From positions 1-59,008 of the IMG/VR virus record IMGVR_UViG_3300025416_000004: DNA of 59,008 nt; one strand, 5' to 3'. This document shows positions 48,771-56,756 of this stretch, one piece after another. Made by a program: the position numbers and the translations under genes. The notes under the pieces were generated by a model. That model searched no databases. It saw nothing but the letters and a program-made list of their open reading frames with translations, and was not told the DNA's origin. The stretch is from a virus. Lineage: Duplodnaviria; Caudoviricetes. The number at the start of each line of letters is the position of its first letter. The stretch's first letter is position 1.

Positions 48771-49460
48771 ATGGAAACGATTTCAACGAATTGCATAGAT
48801 TGTAACAGCATCTTTGATGCCGAAAACATAACCTTCAACGGACGAACCCTGTTCAGTAACTCCATCTGCCCCACCTGCCTCGACAAGCGAGTAGAGGAGT
48901 CGGAGCGCAATCGCCAGCGCGAAGTCCTAGAAAGCCGCAGGAATGCGTTTTGGAGCGAAGTGCCTAGATTGTACGCAGAAACTGATAAAGCGCGCTTACA
49001 CGCCAACCTAGCGCGTGCAATCGATAGCTGGGAGTACAGCCCAAAGGGACTTGGCATGATCGGAGAGTCAGGACTGGGAAAGACACGCGCCGCCGTCGAG
49101 ATCCTCTACAGGGAACACGAAATGGGTCGGAGCATCTGCTTCCTCAAATCCACCAAGTTAACCCAGCACGCGCAGGACAGGTTCAATCACGACGACCAGA
49201 TCAAGCACACCGCGGAAGTCCGGCTACGCAAAGCCTACACCTGTAAGCTGTTACTCCTCGACGACCTTGGCAAGGGACGCCTACCAGCGTCAGCAGAGGA
49301 ACTCCTATACGACCTGATCGATGAAAGATCAGAGCGCGGACTACCTATAATCTGGACATCCAACGCCAACGCCGATGACCTCAACTCCATGCTATCAAAA
49401 GACCGCGGTGAGGCAATCATCCGCCGACTCGTTGAATTCTCATCCATCGTAACCCTATGA
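48771..49460 (+). CDS. DnaC/IstB-like AAA+ helicase loader
   Basis: N-terminal CxxC..CxxC, Walker A GESGLGKT, Walker B LLLLDDLG, IIWTSN and IIRRL. Confidence 0.9.
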   Translation: METISTNCIDCNSIFDAENITFNGRTLFSNSICPTCLDKRVEESERNRQREVLESRRNAFWSEVPRLYAETDKARLHANLARAIDSWEYSPKGLGMIGESGLGKTRAAVEILYREHEMGRSICFLKSTKLTQHAQDRFNHDDQIKHTAEVRLRKAYTCKLLLLDDLGKGRLPASAEELLYDLIDERSERGLPIIWTSNANADDLNSMLSKDRGEAIIRRLVEFSSIVTL

Positions 49461-49621
49461 AAACAAACACAAAAACAAAGCCAGCACCCAAACTCAAGCG
49501 CGGAGACTGGAACAAAACAAAGACCAAGCAGTTCTGGGCTATGCACCCATCAGGACGCGAGATGTGGGTCACCCCAGAGCGAATGGAGAAGGCTGTCCTA
49601 ATTATGAAGATGAAATGGTAA
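49457..49621 (+). CDS. 54-aa basic protein resembling the HNH N-terminus (not in ORF track)
   Basis: KRGD......K.FW.......E.WVTP; ATGA-coupled. Confidence 0.6.
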   Translation: MKTNTKTKPAPKLKRGDWNKTKTKQFWAMHPSGREMWVTPERMEKAVLIMKMKW

Positions 49622-49649
49622 TCCACCCTGAACCAGATCCAGACGATAT

Positions 49650-50048
49650 ATGAGACCCAAAATCATCCTCACAACTGAAAACAATCAACCTGAAAAACCA
49701 AGGTGCGTACTTTGCAATCATCCAACAGACATCTACAGCGACACGCGCCTCTGCGAAGTCTGCGATTCATCACAAAAGATGAAAGGCATCCCTTTCCCTG
49801 AAATCACCGATCACGACGAACAAATTTGTGAAGTATTAGCTTCAGATGTTGAATTTTACAAAGACATGATCAGGTCGCTTCGTAAATGCCTCGCTCAAGA
49901 GAAAAAAGCGCGCCGCAAGGAAGTCAGATCACTCCATAAATCAAACCTACAAAACAAGAAAGAACGCGATGAAGCAAAGCTAGCATTCAAGATACTAGGA
50001 GATAAGTACGACGACCTCATCAACGAAATCAAAGCAAAACAACAATAG
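49650..50048 (+). CDS. Hypothetical zinc-finger/coiled-coil protein
   Basis: CVLC...CEVC followed by a coiled coil. Confidence 0.6.
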   Translation: MRPKIILTTENNQPEKPRCVLCNHPTDIYSDTRLCEVCDSSQKMKGIPFPEITDHDEQICEVLASDVEFYKDMIRSLRKCLAQEKKARRKEVRSLHKSNLQNKKERDEAKLAFKILGDKYDDLINEIKAKQQ

Positions 50049-50049
50049 C

Positions 50050-50661
50050 ATGGCATTCACAATCCCAGTACCAGACCATGTCATCATCGAAAGCATCAAG
50101 CTATCCTTCGCCTCCAAACTAGGCAACCGCAACGATGGATCAGACGGCTCCGAAACCGAACAACTTGTGGGCATCATAGGCCAAAACACCATCCTCCATA
50201 CCCTAGATCGCGAACTCATGCAGGAATCAACCCAACACGACGGCGGAAGCGACCTGTCCATCTATGGCATCCTATTCGATATCAAGACAATGGGTCGAAC
50301 CTGCACACCAAAGCTCGACTACATCAACAACCTAATCGCCTCACAGACATCCCTTGAATGCGATGCCTACATCTTTACAAGCCTAAACAAAAGAAACCTG
50401 CGACTAACCATCTGCGGGTGGATGCCAAAAGAACAAGCCATGCTATCCGGCAACCTATACAAAAAAGGCGAAGTCAGGACTCGCGAGAACGGCACTCAAT
50501 TCGCAATGAAGGCAAACACATATGAGATCGAAAACAGCCAGATCAACTACACGGCTAAAAGCATTCAGGATTTGCTTATGCAAATAAAAGACTATGCGCT
50601 GGCTCAAAAATACACATCTTCTGTCACTAATCGTCAAGCATATAATCTCTTTACAGAGTAA
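50050..50661 (+). CDS. Putative PD-(D/E)XK nuclease-fold protein
   Basis: G..GQ, DGGSDL......DIKT, D.YIF and ICGW. Confidence 0.55.
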   Translation: MAFTIPVPDHVIIESIKLSFASKLGNRNDGSDGSETEQLVGIIGQNTILHTLDRELMQESTQHDGGSDLSIYGILFDIKTMGRTCTPKLDYINNLIASQTSLECDAYIFTSLNKRNLRLTICGWMPKEQAMLSGNLYKKGEVRTRENGTQFAMKANTYEIENSQINYTAKSIQDLLMQIKDYALAQKYTSSVTNRQAYNLFTE

Positions 50662-50726
50662 GATAATTAGTTAAGGTCGTTAATCATTAATGTTGTTACA
50701 TAAGAGAAATTCTCCCACCCACTTCT

Positions 50727-51329
50727 ATGCCGATTCTCAAAAACCCTGAACACGAACGATTCTGCCGCCTGATCTCGCAGGGTCTCAACCAGACCGAGGC
50801 GTTCCTCAAGATCCGCCCCGATGTCCAAAAGAAGTCGGCTCCTGTTACCGCCTGCCATTGGGCGGCTAGGCCGGAGGTGAAGACCCGCCTTGCCGAAATC
50901 AAGGAGGTAATCGACAGCCAGTTCGCGATGCAGATCGGTGAGAAACGTGATCTACTCCGGCGCATGGCCTTGGGAGAACTACCGACCAAGATCACCAAGA
51001 AGTCTAATGGTCAGGTCGAGGCTACCTTCGATAGGTTGGCGGCATTACAGGCCGATGCCAAGCTGGGCGGTGAATATGCGCCTGAACAACACATCGTGAC
51101 CACTGGGCCTACCCTGAAGCTGGAGTTCAATATGGTGGGTCGCAACACGAATCTGACGCCGGAGCTAGAGGAGGAGTGGAAACGCCTGAACGCGCCTCCG
51201 GAGGTACGCACCTATAACGAGCCAGTGACGATTGAGGCGGAGTTTGAGCGGTATCAGGATATGGAGATCGATCAGGATCCGCCGTCCCTGAAGGCTGTTA
51301 CAGAGATAATCGATGAGCTGGAGACCTAA
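50727..51329 (+). CDS. terS: Terminase small subunit
   Basis: MPILKNPEHERFC.....G.NQTEAF.....P.VK.RL.EI and DRLAAL...AKL.G.YAP. Confidence 0.7.
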   Translation: MPILKNPEHERFCRLISQGLNQTEAFLKIRPDVQKKSAPVTACHWAARPEVKTRLAEIKEVIDSQFAMQIGEKRDLLRRMALGELPTKITKKSNGQVEATFDRLAALQADAKLGGEYAPEQHIVTTGPTLKLEFNMVGRNTNLTPELEEEWKRLNAPPEVRTYNEPVTIEAEFERYQDMEIDQDPPSLKAVTEIIDELET

Positions 51330-51379
51330 TTCCATTATTTATGAGTGCTATTATCTGTAGTTATTGATTATCTACTCTG

Positions 51380-51535
51380 ATGACCGCCTCCGATATGCCT
51401 ATCATAGCCCATGTTACATCGATACTTTTCCTCATAGGATTTGCTTTCTTTATATGTATTATAGCTAAAAAGACCCGCAAGGTAGTCCGCCGCGGCAATA
51501 AAGCCGTCAGACGCCGGAAGAAAGCAGGCTTTTAA
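51380..51535 (+). CDS. Small single-TM protein with basic tail (not in ORF track)
   Basis: MTASDMPIIAHVTSILFLIGFAFFICIIAKKTRKVVRRGNKAVRRRKKAGF*. Confidence 0.45.
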   Translation: MTASDMPIIAHVTSILFLIGFAFFICIIAKKTRKVVRRGNKAVRRRKKAGF

Positions 51536-51543
51536 TTACCCGC

Positions 51544-51572
51544 TTGACGCGCCATCCGCGGGATGTTAAAAG
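51544..51572 (+). promoter_or_regulatory. Sigma70-like promoter
   Basis: TTGACG-17 bp-TAAAAG, the same -10 as the capsid promoter. Confidence 0.45.
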
Positions 51573-51581
51573 ATCCTCACT

Positions 51582-51887
51582 ATGGCTAATTTTATTGAAG
51601 GCAATCTTTACGCAACCAATGCGACTCCCGCTCTCCAGTACGGGACGAACAAGTCTACGACTACGACTAACACGCAGTCTGCTAACGAGCCACAGGTCAT
51701 CTGGTCATGCAAGAAGGTCAGCAAGACCTTTGTTACTTTCCTTGATCATGAGAACACTATCAGGAGGCTTCGCAAGCGCGCCGACCTCCTTGGTAACTTC
51801 GTGTACCCATTCGGTCGTTTCGCCGGATGCCCTGTCCTCCGAGCCGAATACACGCTTGGTAAGGACACCAACAGCGGTCAGCAGTAA
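51582..51887 (+). CDS. Hypothetical protein
   Basis: ATG just after the promoter. Confidence 0.55.
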   Translation: MANFIEGNLYATNATPALQYGTNKSTTTTNTQSANEPQVIWSCKKVSKTFVTFLDHENTIRRLRKRADLLGNFVYPFGRFAGCPVLRAEYTLGKDTNSGQQ

Positions 51888-52118
51888 TCAGCGTTTCTTG
51901 CTGGTCTTGGCTGGAGTCTTCACGACTGCGCGCCCGTAGATCGTCTTCTCGCGGGTGGCGTCCGGCAGGTTCTGGACGAAGATCCTCATCCGCAAGGCGT
52001 AGTCTGGATTCATCAGGCTGATCAGGTGTGAGAACTCCTCGCCCGCGGCGGCTAACTTGGTCGCCTCTGTGTATGTGTGTATCTGTAGCTGGTCGTACTG
52101 GCTCTTCATAGTTGCCAA
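51888..52118 (-). CDS. Hypothetical protein (only convincing minus-strand gene)
   Basis: Natural-looking 76 aa sequence filling the gap; its stop abuts the stop of 51582..51887. Confidence 0.55.
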   Translation of the reverse strand: MATMKSQYDQLQIHTYTEATKLAAAGEEFSHLISLMNPDYALRMRIFVQNLPDATREKTIYGRAVVKTPAKTSKKR

Positions 52119-52149
52119 CTTGTATCATATGCCCTAACTAATTCAACGC

Positions 52150-54048
52150 ATGAATGAAGAAAAACAAGACACGGGATATCGACTAACTCCACCTCACTCA
52201 ATCAAGGTCTATCATGGACACGCGCTGAAGATCCGGCAGGAGGCCGACAGGGATGAGGAGATGGGCATGATGTACGCGGCGCAGTACATCCTGATGAACA
52301 CGACTAGGAACGCGGTGGCTGTCAGTGAGATAGACGCCAAGATGTCGGAGCATATCGTCCGGCAGTATGTCCAGCACCTGTTGGACTTCGATCAGTTTGA
52401 GGCGGCGGCGACGATCCTATGGGGGCCGGATGTGTACGACTGGAGGCCGCGGTCATCTCGTGACACATGGCGGTGTCTATTTGCGGGTGACAAGTTGATG
52501 GTTCAGGGAGCCGGAGCTATGGGCAAGTCATTCGGCGCGGCGGCATGGTTCTATTTGGACTGGTGGCGTGACCCAGAGTACACCTGCATCAAGGTGATCT
52601 CTCTGACGAAGGAACACGCGGAGAGGAACATCTTTGCGAACATCAAGACCTTCCATCGGACTGCGCTGGTGAAGCCTGTGACCGATCAGGAGGAGAAGGC
52701 GACGAGCATTCAGGTGACCAACGACAGCAAGCAGGGGATCCATCTGGTGGCGATCCCCAAGGGCGAGAGCGGTCATGGAACCCTGCGTGGATTCCATCCG
52801 ATACCGCGGTCAGGCAAGGAGCATCACAAGTGGGGGCGTCTGTCGCGCACCCATGTGGTGTTGGACGAGGCCGAGGAAGTCCCTGTGGGCGTTTGGGAAG
52901 GTATCAACAACATCCTGTCTACGGCGGATTCTGACAGCTACAAGGGTCACATCAAAATCTTTGGTGCGTCGAACCCGCGGGATAGGACGAGTGACTTCGC
53001 GCAGAGATGCGAGCCGAAGGATGGCTGGGGATCGGTGGACTGCGAGGATGACTTTGAGTGGGAGTCGCGGGAAGGTTACCATGTGTTGAGGCTGGACGCG
53101 GCGCGCTGTGAGAATGTGATCGAGAAACGGATTGTCTACGCAGGCTTACAGACGTATCAGGGATTCATGTCGTACATCTCGCGAGGCCGGACTGCGGAGG
53201 CGATGACGATGGCCCGCGGGTGGTTCCCAGAGGAAGGACAGGCGATGGGGATCATCACGCCTGCCATGATGGACAACGCCATTGGTGTGGTACGATTTAC
53301 TGGGCCTGTGGTGGCTCTGGCGGCGTTCGACTTGGCACTGGAGGGTAATGACCAAGTCATGTGTTCTTTCGGGCGTTTTGGGCTGTCTGATGGGTGGACA
53401 CCGCAGAGCGGTCAGTTTATCCCGTTCAAGGCTCCGAAGGTTGTATTGCAACTGGACTCGCAGATACCCTTCCCAAAAAAGGCGACGTTGGAGCAGACGC
53501 AGGCGATCATCAAGTTTGCGAAGACGATGAAGATTAGTCCCAACTGGCTGTGTGTGGATCGTACTGGCAACGGCGCGGGCATTCACGACTCGTTGTGTTC
53601 GTTATTTGGGCGCGAGGTAATGGGAGTGAATTACTCATGGGCGGCGACTGACACTCACATTCTGGGCGACGATAGTCAGAAGGCGTCGGAGTTGTACAAC
53701 GGCGTCGTGACCGAGTTGATCTTTGGGTTGGCAAAGTATCTGGAGTTTGAGTACCTGAAGATCAGTCCTAGCTTTAGGAATGAGACGCTGATCCGGCAGG
53801 CAACGGCGCGCAGGTATAAGCAGAAGGGCAAGGGTCTGGTGAGGGTGGAGAGCAAGGGTGAGTATTGCAAGCGGACGAGGAGCAAGTCGCCGGACGAACT
53901 GGATTCGCTGTCGATGTTGGTGTTCCTGATGCGCCAGCGGGGTGGGAATGTGGCTACGATGACCGAGACGAAGCCGGAGGGCAACTCGCGCCAGCGTGAA
54001 TTGCAGAGCCTTGTTGACAAGATGGAGTTTGTTGATATGTCTGACTAG
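52150..54048 (+). CDS. terL: Terminase large subunit
   Basis: Walker A GAGAMGKS, Walker B VVLDEAE, ASNP coupling motif; nuclease motifs AFDLALEGND, VDRTGNG and ESK......KSPDELDS. Confidence 0.9.
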   Translation: MNEEKQDTGYRLTPPHSIKVYHGHALKIRQEADRDEEMGMMYAAQYILMNTTRNAVAVSEIDAKMSEHIVRQYVQHLLDFDQFEAAATILWGPDVYDWRPRSSRDTWRCLFAGDKLMVQGAGAMGKSFGAAAWFYLDWWRDPEYTCIKVISLTKEHAERNIFANIKTFHRTALVKPVTDQEEKATSIQVTNDSKQGIHLVAIPKGESGHGTLRGFHPIPRSGKEHHKWGRLSRTHVVLDEAEEVPVGVWEGINNILSTADSDSYKGHIKIFGASNPRDRTSDFAQRCEPKDGWGSVDCEDDFEWESREGYHVLRLDAARCENVIEKRIVYAGLQTYQGFMSYISRGRTAEAMTMARGWFPEEGQAMGIITPAMMDNAIGVVRFTGPVVALAAFDLALEGNDQVMCSFGRFGLSDGWTPQSGQFIPFKAPKVVLQLDSQIPFPKKATLEQTQAIIKFAKTMKISPNWLCVDRTGNGAGIHDSLCSLFGREVMGVNYSWAATDTHILGDDSQKASELYNGVVTELIFGLAKYLEFEYLKISPSFRNETLIRQATARRYKQKGKGLVRVESKGEYCKRTRSKSPDELDSLSMLVFLMRQRGGNVATMTETKPEGNSRQRELQSLVDKMEFVDMSD

Positions 54049-54050
54049 CT

Positions 54051-54272
54051 ATGAATACAGACAACCCATTACCAAAGTTTCCGTACACAGGACGGCGGTT
54101 TACTAGCACCGAGGCGTTCTTGGATGACAAGCCGATCCTTCCGTACCATGAGGTGACCATTGAGGATAATGTCGCATGGAAGGTAAACCCTGACTGGGTG
54201 AGCGCGCCATACTATGAGGTGTTGGATCACCAGCCTGAAAGTGGCTACTTCAGGAGGTTGAAGGATTCATGA
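54051..54272 (+). CDS. Hypothetical protein
   Basis: ORF directly after terL. Confidence 0.55.
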   Translation: MNTDNPLPKFPYTGRRFTSTEAFLDDKPILPYHEVTIEDNVAWKVNPDWVSAPYYEVLDHQPESGYFRRLKDS

Positions 54273-54385
54273 AGCCGAAACATAAATGCCCAGCCTGCGG
54301 TACGGAATGCAAGCAACACCAGTGCAAGGCGTGTCAGGAAAAAGCGGCTATAGTCTACAAACGCATGGGTAAAAATAGGCCATAA
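54269..54385 (+). CDS. 38-aa zinc-ribbon peptide (not in ORF track)
   Basis: CPACG..C....CKAC; ATGA-coupled. Confidence 0.5.
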   Translation: MKPKHKCPACGTECKQHQCKACQEKAAIVYKRMGKNRP

Positions 54386-54447
54386 CCTCATTATAGAATC
54401 GTATTTACTCTGTAAAATGTGCTATAATCGGTAAAAAAATTTCATAT

Positions 54448-54521
54448 TACCCTTTGGTGTAATGGGAACACATCTCCCTTTGGAGGAGAAATTCATGGTT
54501 CAAGTCCATGAGGGGTAGCCA
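54448..54521 (+). tRNA. tRNA-Gln(UUG) with encoded CCA
   Basis: Acceptor TACCCTT/AGGGGTA, D stem GTGT/ACAC, anticodon stem TCTCC/GGAGA with loop CT-TTG-GA, T stem CATGG-TTCAAGT-CCATG, then G-CCA. Extended -10 TGcTATAAT at 54420-54428. Confidence 0.95.
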
Positions 54522-54562
54522 ATTTATAGGGAGTTTAGGAAGTTTAGCGAGTTTACAAAGGC

Positions 54563-54590
54563 TTGACACTTTTTGATAAATGAATAGGAT
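54563..54590 (+). promoter_or_regulatory. Sigma70-like promoter
   Basis: TTGACA-16 bp-TAGGAT. Confidence 0.65.
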
Positions 54591-54596
54591 TTGTAT

Positions 54597-54770
54597 CTGC
54601 TAGGGTTGATTGACCCTGTAACGGCGTTCCCTAGTGGATGCTGTTTATTAGGTTGAATCATCATAATCGGAGGAGGCATTGAGGGGTCAAGTCTGGGGGA
54701 TGTCAACCAATTGTTGCGAACCAGAGGAGATAGCGACCTGAACCTCCTCCGATTTTTTTCTTTTCTTTTT
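54597..54770 (+). ncRNA. Candidate ~165 nt small RNA
   Basis: Promoter, two hairpins, then a rod closed by a perfect 12-bp stem and a long T-tract; no ORF of note. Confidence 0.55.
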
Positions 54771-54797
54771 ACCAGCTTGGGTTTTTAATTGAGCTTC

Positions 54798-55109
54798 ATG
54801 AATACATCAACCACCGACACCACACAAACGCCTAGGACGGATGAGGCTTGCGAGGCAATGGGCCTAAAGGCCTTTGTAGTGCCAGTAGAAACCTCCCGCC
54901 AGCTAGAGCGAGAACTCGCCCAAAAAACCAACGAGGTCGAGAGGCTCCGCAAAGTCATGCGAGAATATATCGACTTTATGGATGAGAACCTTGGAACAAC
55001 TGCCGATTGGCCTATGGAAGCGGCATTTGATGACGAAACTACAGCGCAACGCCATTGCGATCTACTCAACGCCATGAAGCGAGAAGTGAAACCAGAGGAC
55101 ATCAACTAA
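54798..55109 (+). CDS. Hypothetical protein with TPRTD...SRQLEREL and NEVERL modules
   Basis: Motifs visible in the translation. Confidence 0.65.
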   Translation: MNTSTTDTTQTPRTDEACEAMGLKAFVVPVETSRQLERELAQKTNEVERLRKVMREYIDFMDENLGTTADWPMEAAFDDETTAQRHCDLLNAMKREVKPEDIN

Positions 55110-55110
55110 T

Positions 55111-55410
55111 ATGTACGGAATCCAAGATAAGATTAACCAAATCCTGCGAGGGGCAGAAACCATTCGCAAGAATCAATCCATGAAACCATTACAACCCGTC
55201 AATTCTACTACAACATTCTTTGCTGGGAAGGAACCACAGACACTCGACAACGAGGTCGAGAGGCTCAAAGAAATGGTCATGGATGCCGCAAAGCGTGGCG
55301 ACGAACTCGCCGCTCATTGGAAAGAGCGAGCCGAGAAAGCCGAGGCGATCATCAAACAACTCAACCATTACGCAGGGATCATTGAAGGATTCCAAAACAC
55401 AGACAAATGA
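55111..55410 (+). CDS. Hypothetical protein with NEVERL module
   Basis: Tiles the operon; WKERAEKAEA coiled coil. Confidence 0.6.
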   Translation: MYGIQDKINQILRGAETIRKNQSMKPLQPVNSTTTFFAGKEPQTLDNEVERLKEMVMDAAKRGDELAAHWKERAEKAEAIIKQLNHYAGIIEGFQNTDK

Positions 55411-55793
55411 ACCAAAACACCACACACTCCGAAACTGGAAATGGAAACCATTCTCTTGCAGACTTTACGATAAGCAGACTTCAAGAGGCTCTTGAAATTG
55501 CCAACAAGTCTGCCGACGACCAAATGTTCCAGAAGCTAGAAGCAGAGAACGAGGTCGCAAGGCTCCGCGAGCTTCTGAACCGAGCTTTGGAATGCTTAAA
55601 GGTTTATGGAGGCTTTTTAGGTGTAGAAGCCGCGAGACAAATCTCCGAAGAACTCGCCCCCACGCCAGAGGAACCAGCAAAACCTGCTTGCCACAACACC
55701 ACGCACAAGTTCAGCCATTGCGATTGCAAGCAACCTTCAGAAAAGGACACATCCACCGAAACCTGTCCTTCTCAAAAGGACACCCAATCCTAA
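55407..55793 (+). CDS. Hypothetical protein with NEVARL module
   Basis: ATGA-coupled. Confidence 0.6.
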   Translation: MNQNTTHSETGNGNHSLADFTISRLQEALEIANKSADDQMFQKLEAENEVARLRELLNRALECLKVYGGFLGVEAARQISEELAPTPEEPAKPACHNTTHKFSHCDCKQPSEKDTSTETCPSQKDTQS

Positions 55794-56077
55794 TGAACAC
55801 CGACACCTTTAACAAAGCATTAGACGCTTGCGTTGAGTACAGAAAGCAACTTGACGAGAAAACCAACGAGGTCGCAAGACTCCGTGAGTCCCTAGACCGA
55901 TACGAGGACATCATAAACAAGCAAGATGATGAGTTGATAAGACTCCGTGAGGAGAATGCCGAACTAAAACAAGGAAAGGTCTTTGTTGATCCCAAGTGGA
56001 TCTACAGCCTAGAAGCCCAATTAGCAAAAGCTCACGAAGAACTTTGCCAAGCAGGACTCCGAGAATATGGAAACTAA
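55793..56077 (+). CDS. Hypothetical coiled-coil protein with NEVARL module
   Basis: TAATG-coupled. Confidence 0.6.
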   Translation: MNTDTFNKALDACVEYRKQLDEKTNEVARLRESLDRYEDIINKQDDELIRLREENAELKQGKVFVDPKWIYSLEAQLAKAHEELCQAGLREYGN

Positions 56078-56246
56078 AAATAAGCCAAAGCAAAAATGGA
56101 TTCCTAACCCAAACTACGCAACTGCAACTCATGAGGTTGATCCAAAATTGCCAGTGTATGATCAGATAGAAACCCTAGATGGGGTAACGATGGACGAATG
56201 GTATAGAGGGTTTGCAAAGATCTTAAGCACGGAACTAACAGAGTAA
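56067..56246 (+). CDS. 59-aa hypothetical protein (not in ORF track)
   Basis: METKNKPKQKWIPNPNY...KILSTELTE*. Confidence 0.5.
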   Translation: METKNKPKQKWIPNPNYATATHEVDPKLPVYDQIETLDGVTMDEWYRGFAKILSTELTE

Positions 56247-56248
56247 TC

Positions 56249-56714
56249 TGTTAAAAAAAACGCTACATATTTTTAACACTATGACGAAAAAGCATACACT
56301 ATTTCTGACAAAATTTATTATTCAAAAGTAGTATAAACGATTTATTACCAATTGGTAGTACACATTCAATAGTATTTAGTGGTTCAAATTCAATAAGAAT
56401 AAGTCAGCAATACCAAACACTACACCAATTTGTGCATGTTACATAAAGAAAGTGTAGTGATCACACTACATACTTTGCACTTGTGTAGCAGATCGTAGAC
56501 ATCTCTCAAATGTTGATGATCGTAGACACCTGATTGCTCACCGAATTATACCTGATTGGGTATGATTCATAAGTTATAAATCACAATTATCACCGCAAGG
56601 GTATATTGTCATGTCGATGAATCCGCGTTTTCTGTACATGAGAGCGTTGATATGTACACGATATCGACATTTACTTTACACAACGACGATTTAAGTAAAG
56701 TGCGCTTTACACAA
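56249..56714. repeat. Array of heterogeneous inverted-repeat (dyad) modules
   Basis: About ten back-to-back dyads, many with 10-12 bp arms and 6-7 bp spacers (listed in findings). Confidence 0.7.
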
Positions 56715-56756
56715 AAGAAAAGACCCTCACTCGCACATGACAACGAGTGAGGGTCT
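56713..56756 (-). terminator. Intrinsic terminator on the minus strand
   Basis: Perfect 13-bp stem AGACCCTCACTCG/CGAGTGAGGGTCT followed on the minus strand by TTTCTTTT. Confidence 0.75.

Noticed and set aside
54448-54521. Suppressor tRNA or TAG recoding
   Set aside because: The anticodon is TTG, not CTA; genes tile well in the standard code and TAG ends several of them (10206, 12339, 48768, 54048).
56249-56714. CRISPR array or mini-array
   Set aside because: No constant repeat with unique spacers; the units are different dyads. The Cas4-like gene at 44572 sits with ERF and SSB as a recombination exonuclease, and no other cas genes are seen.
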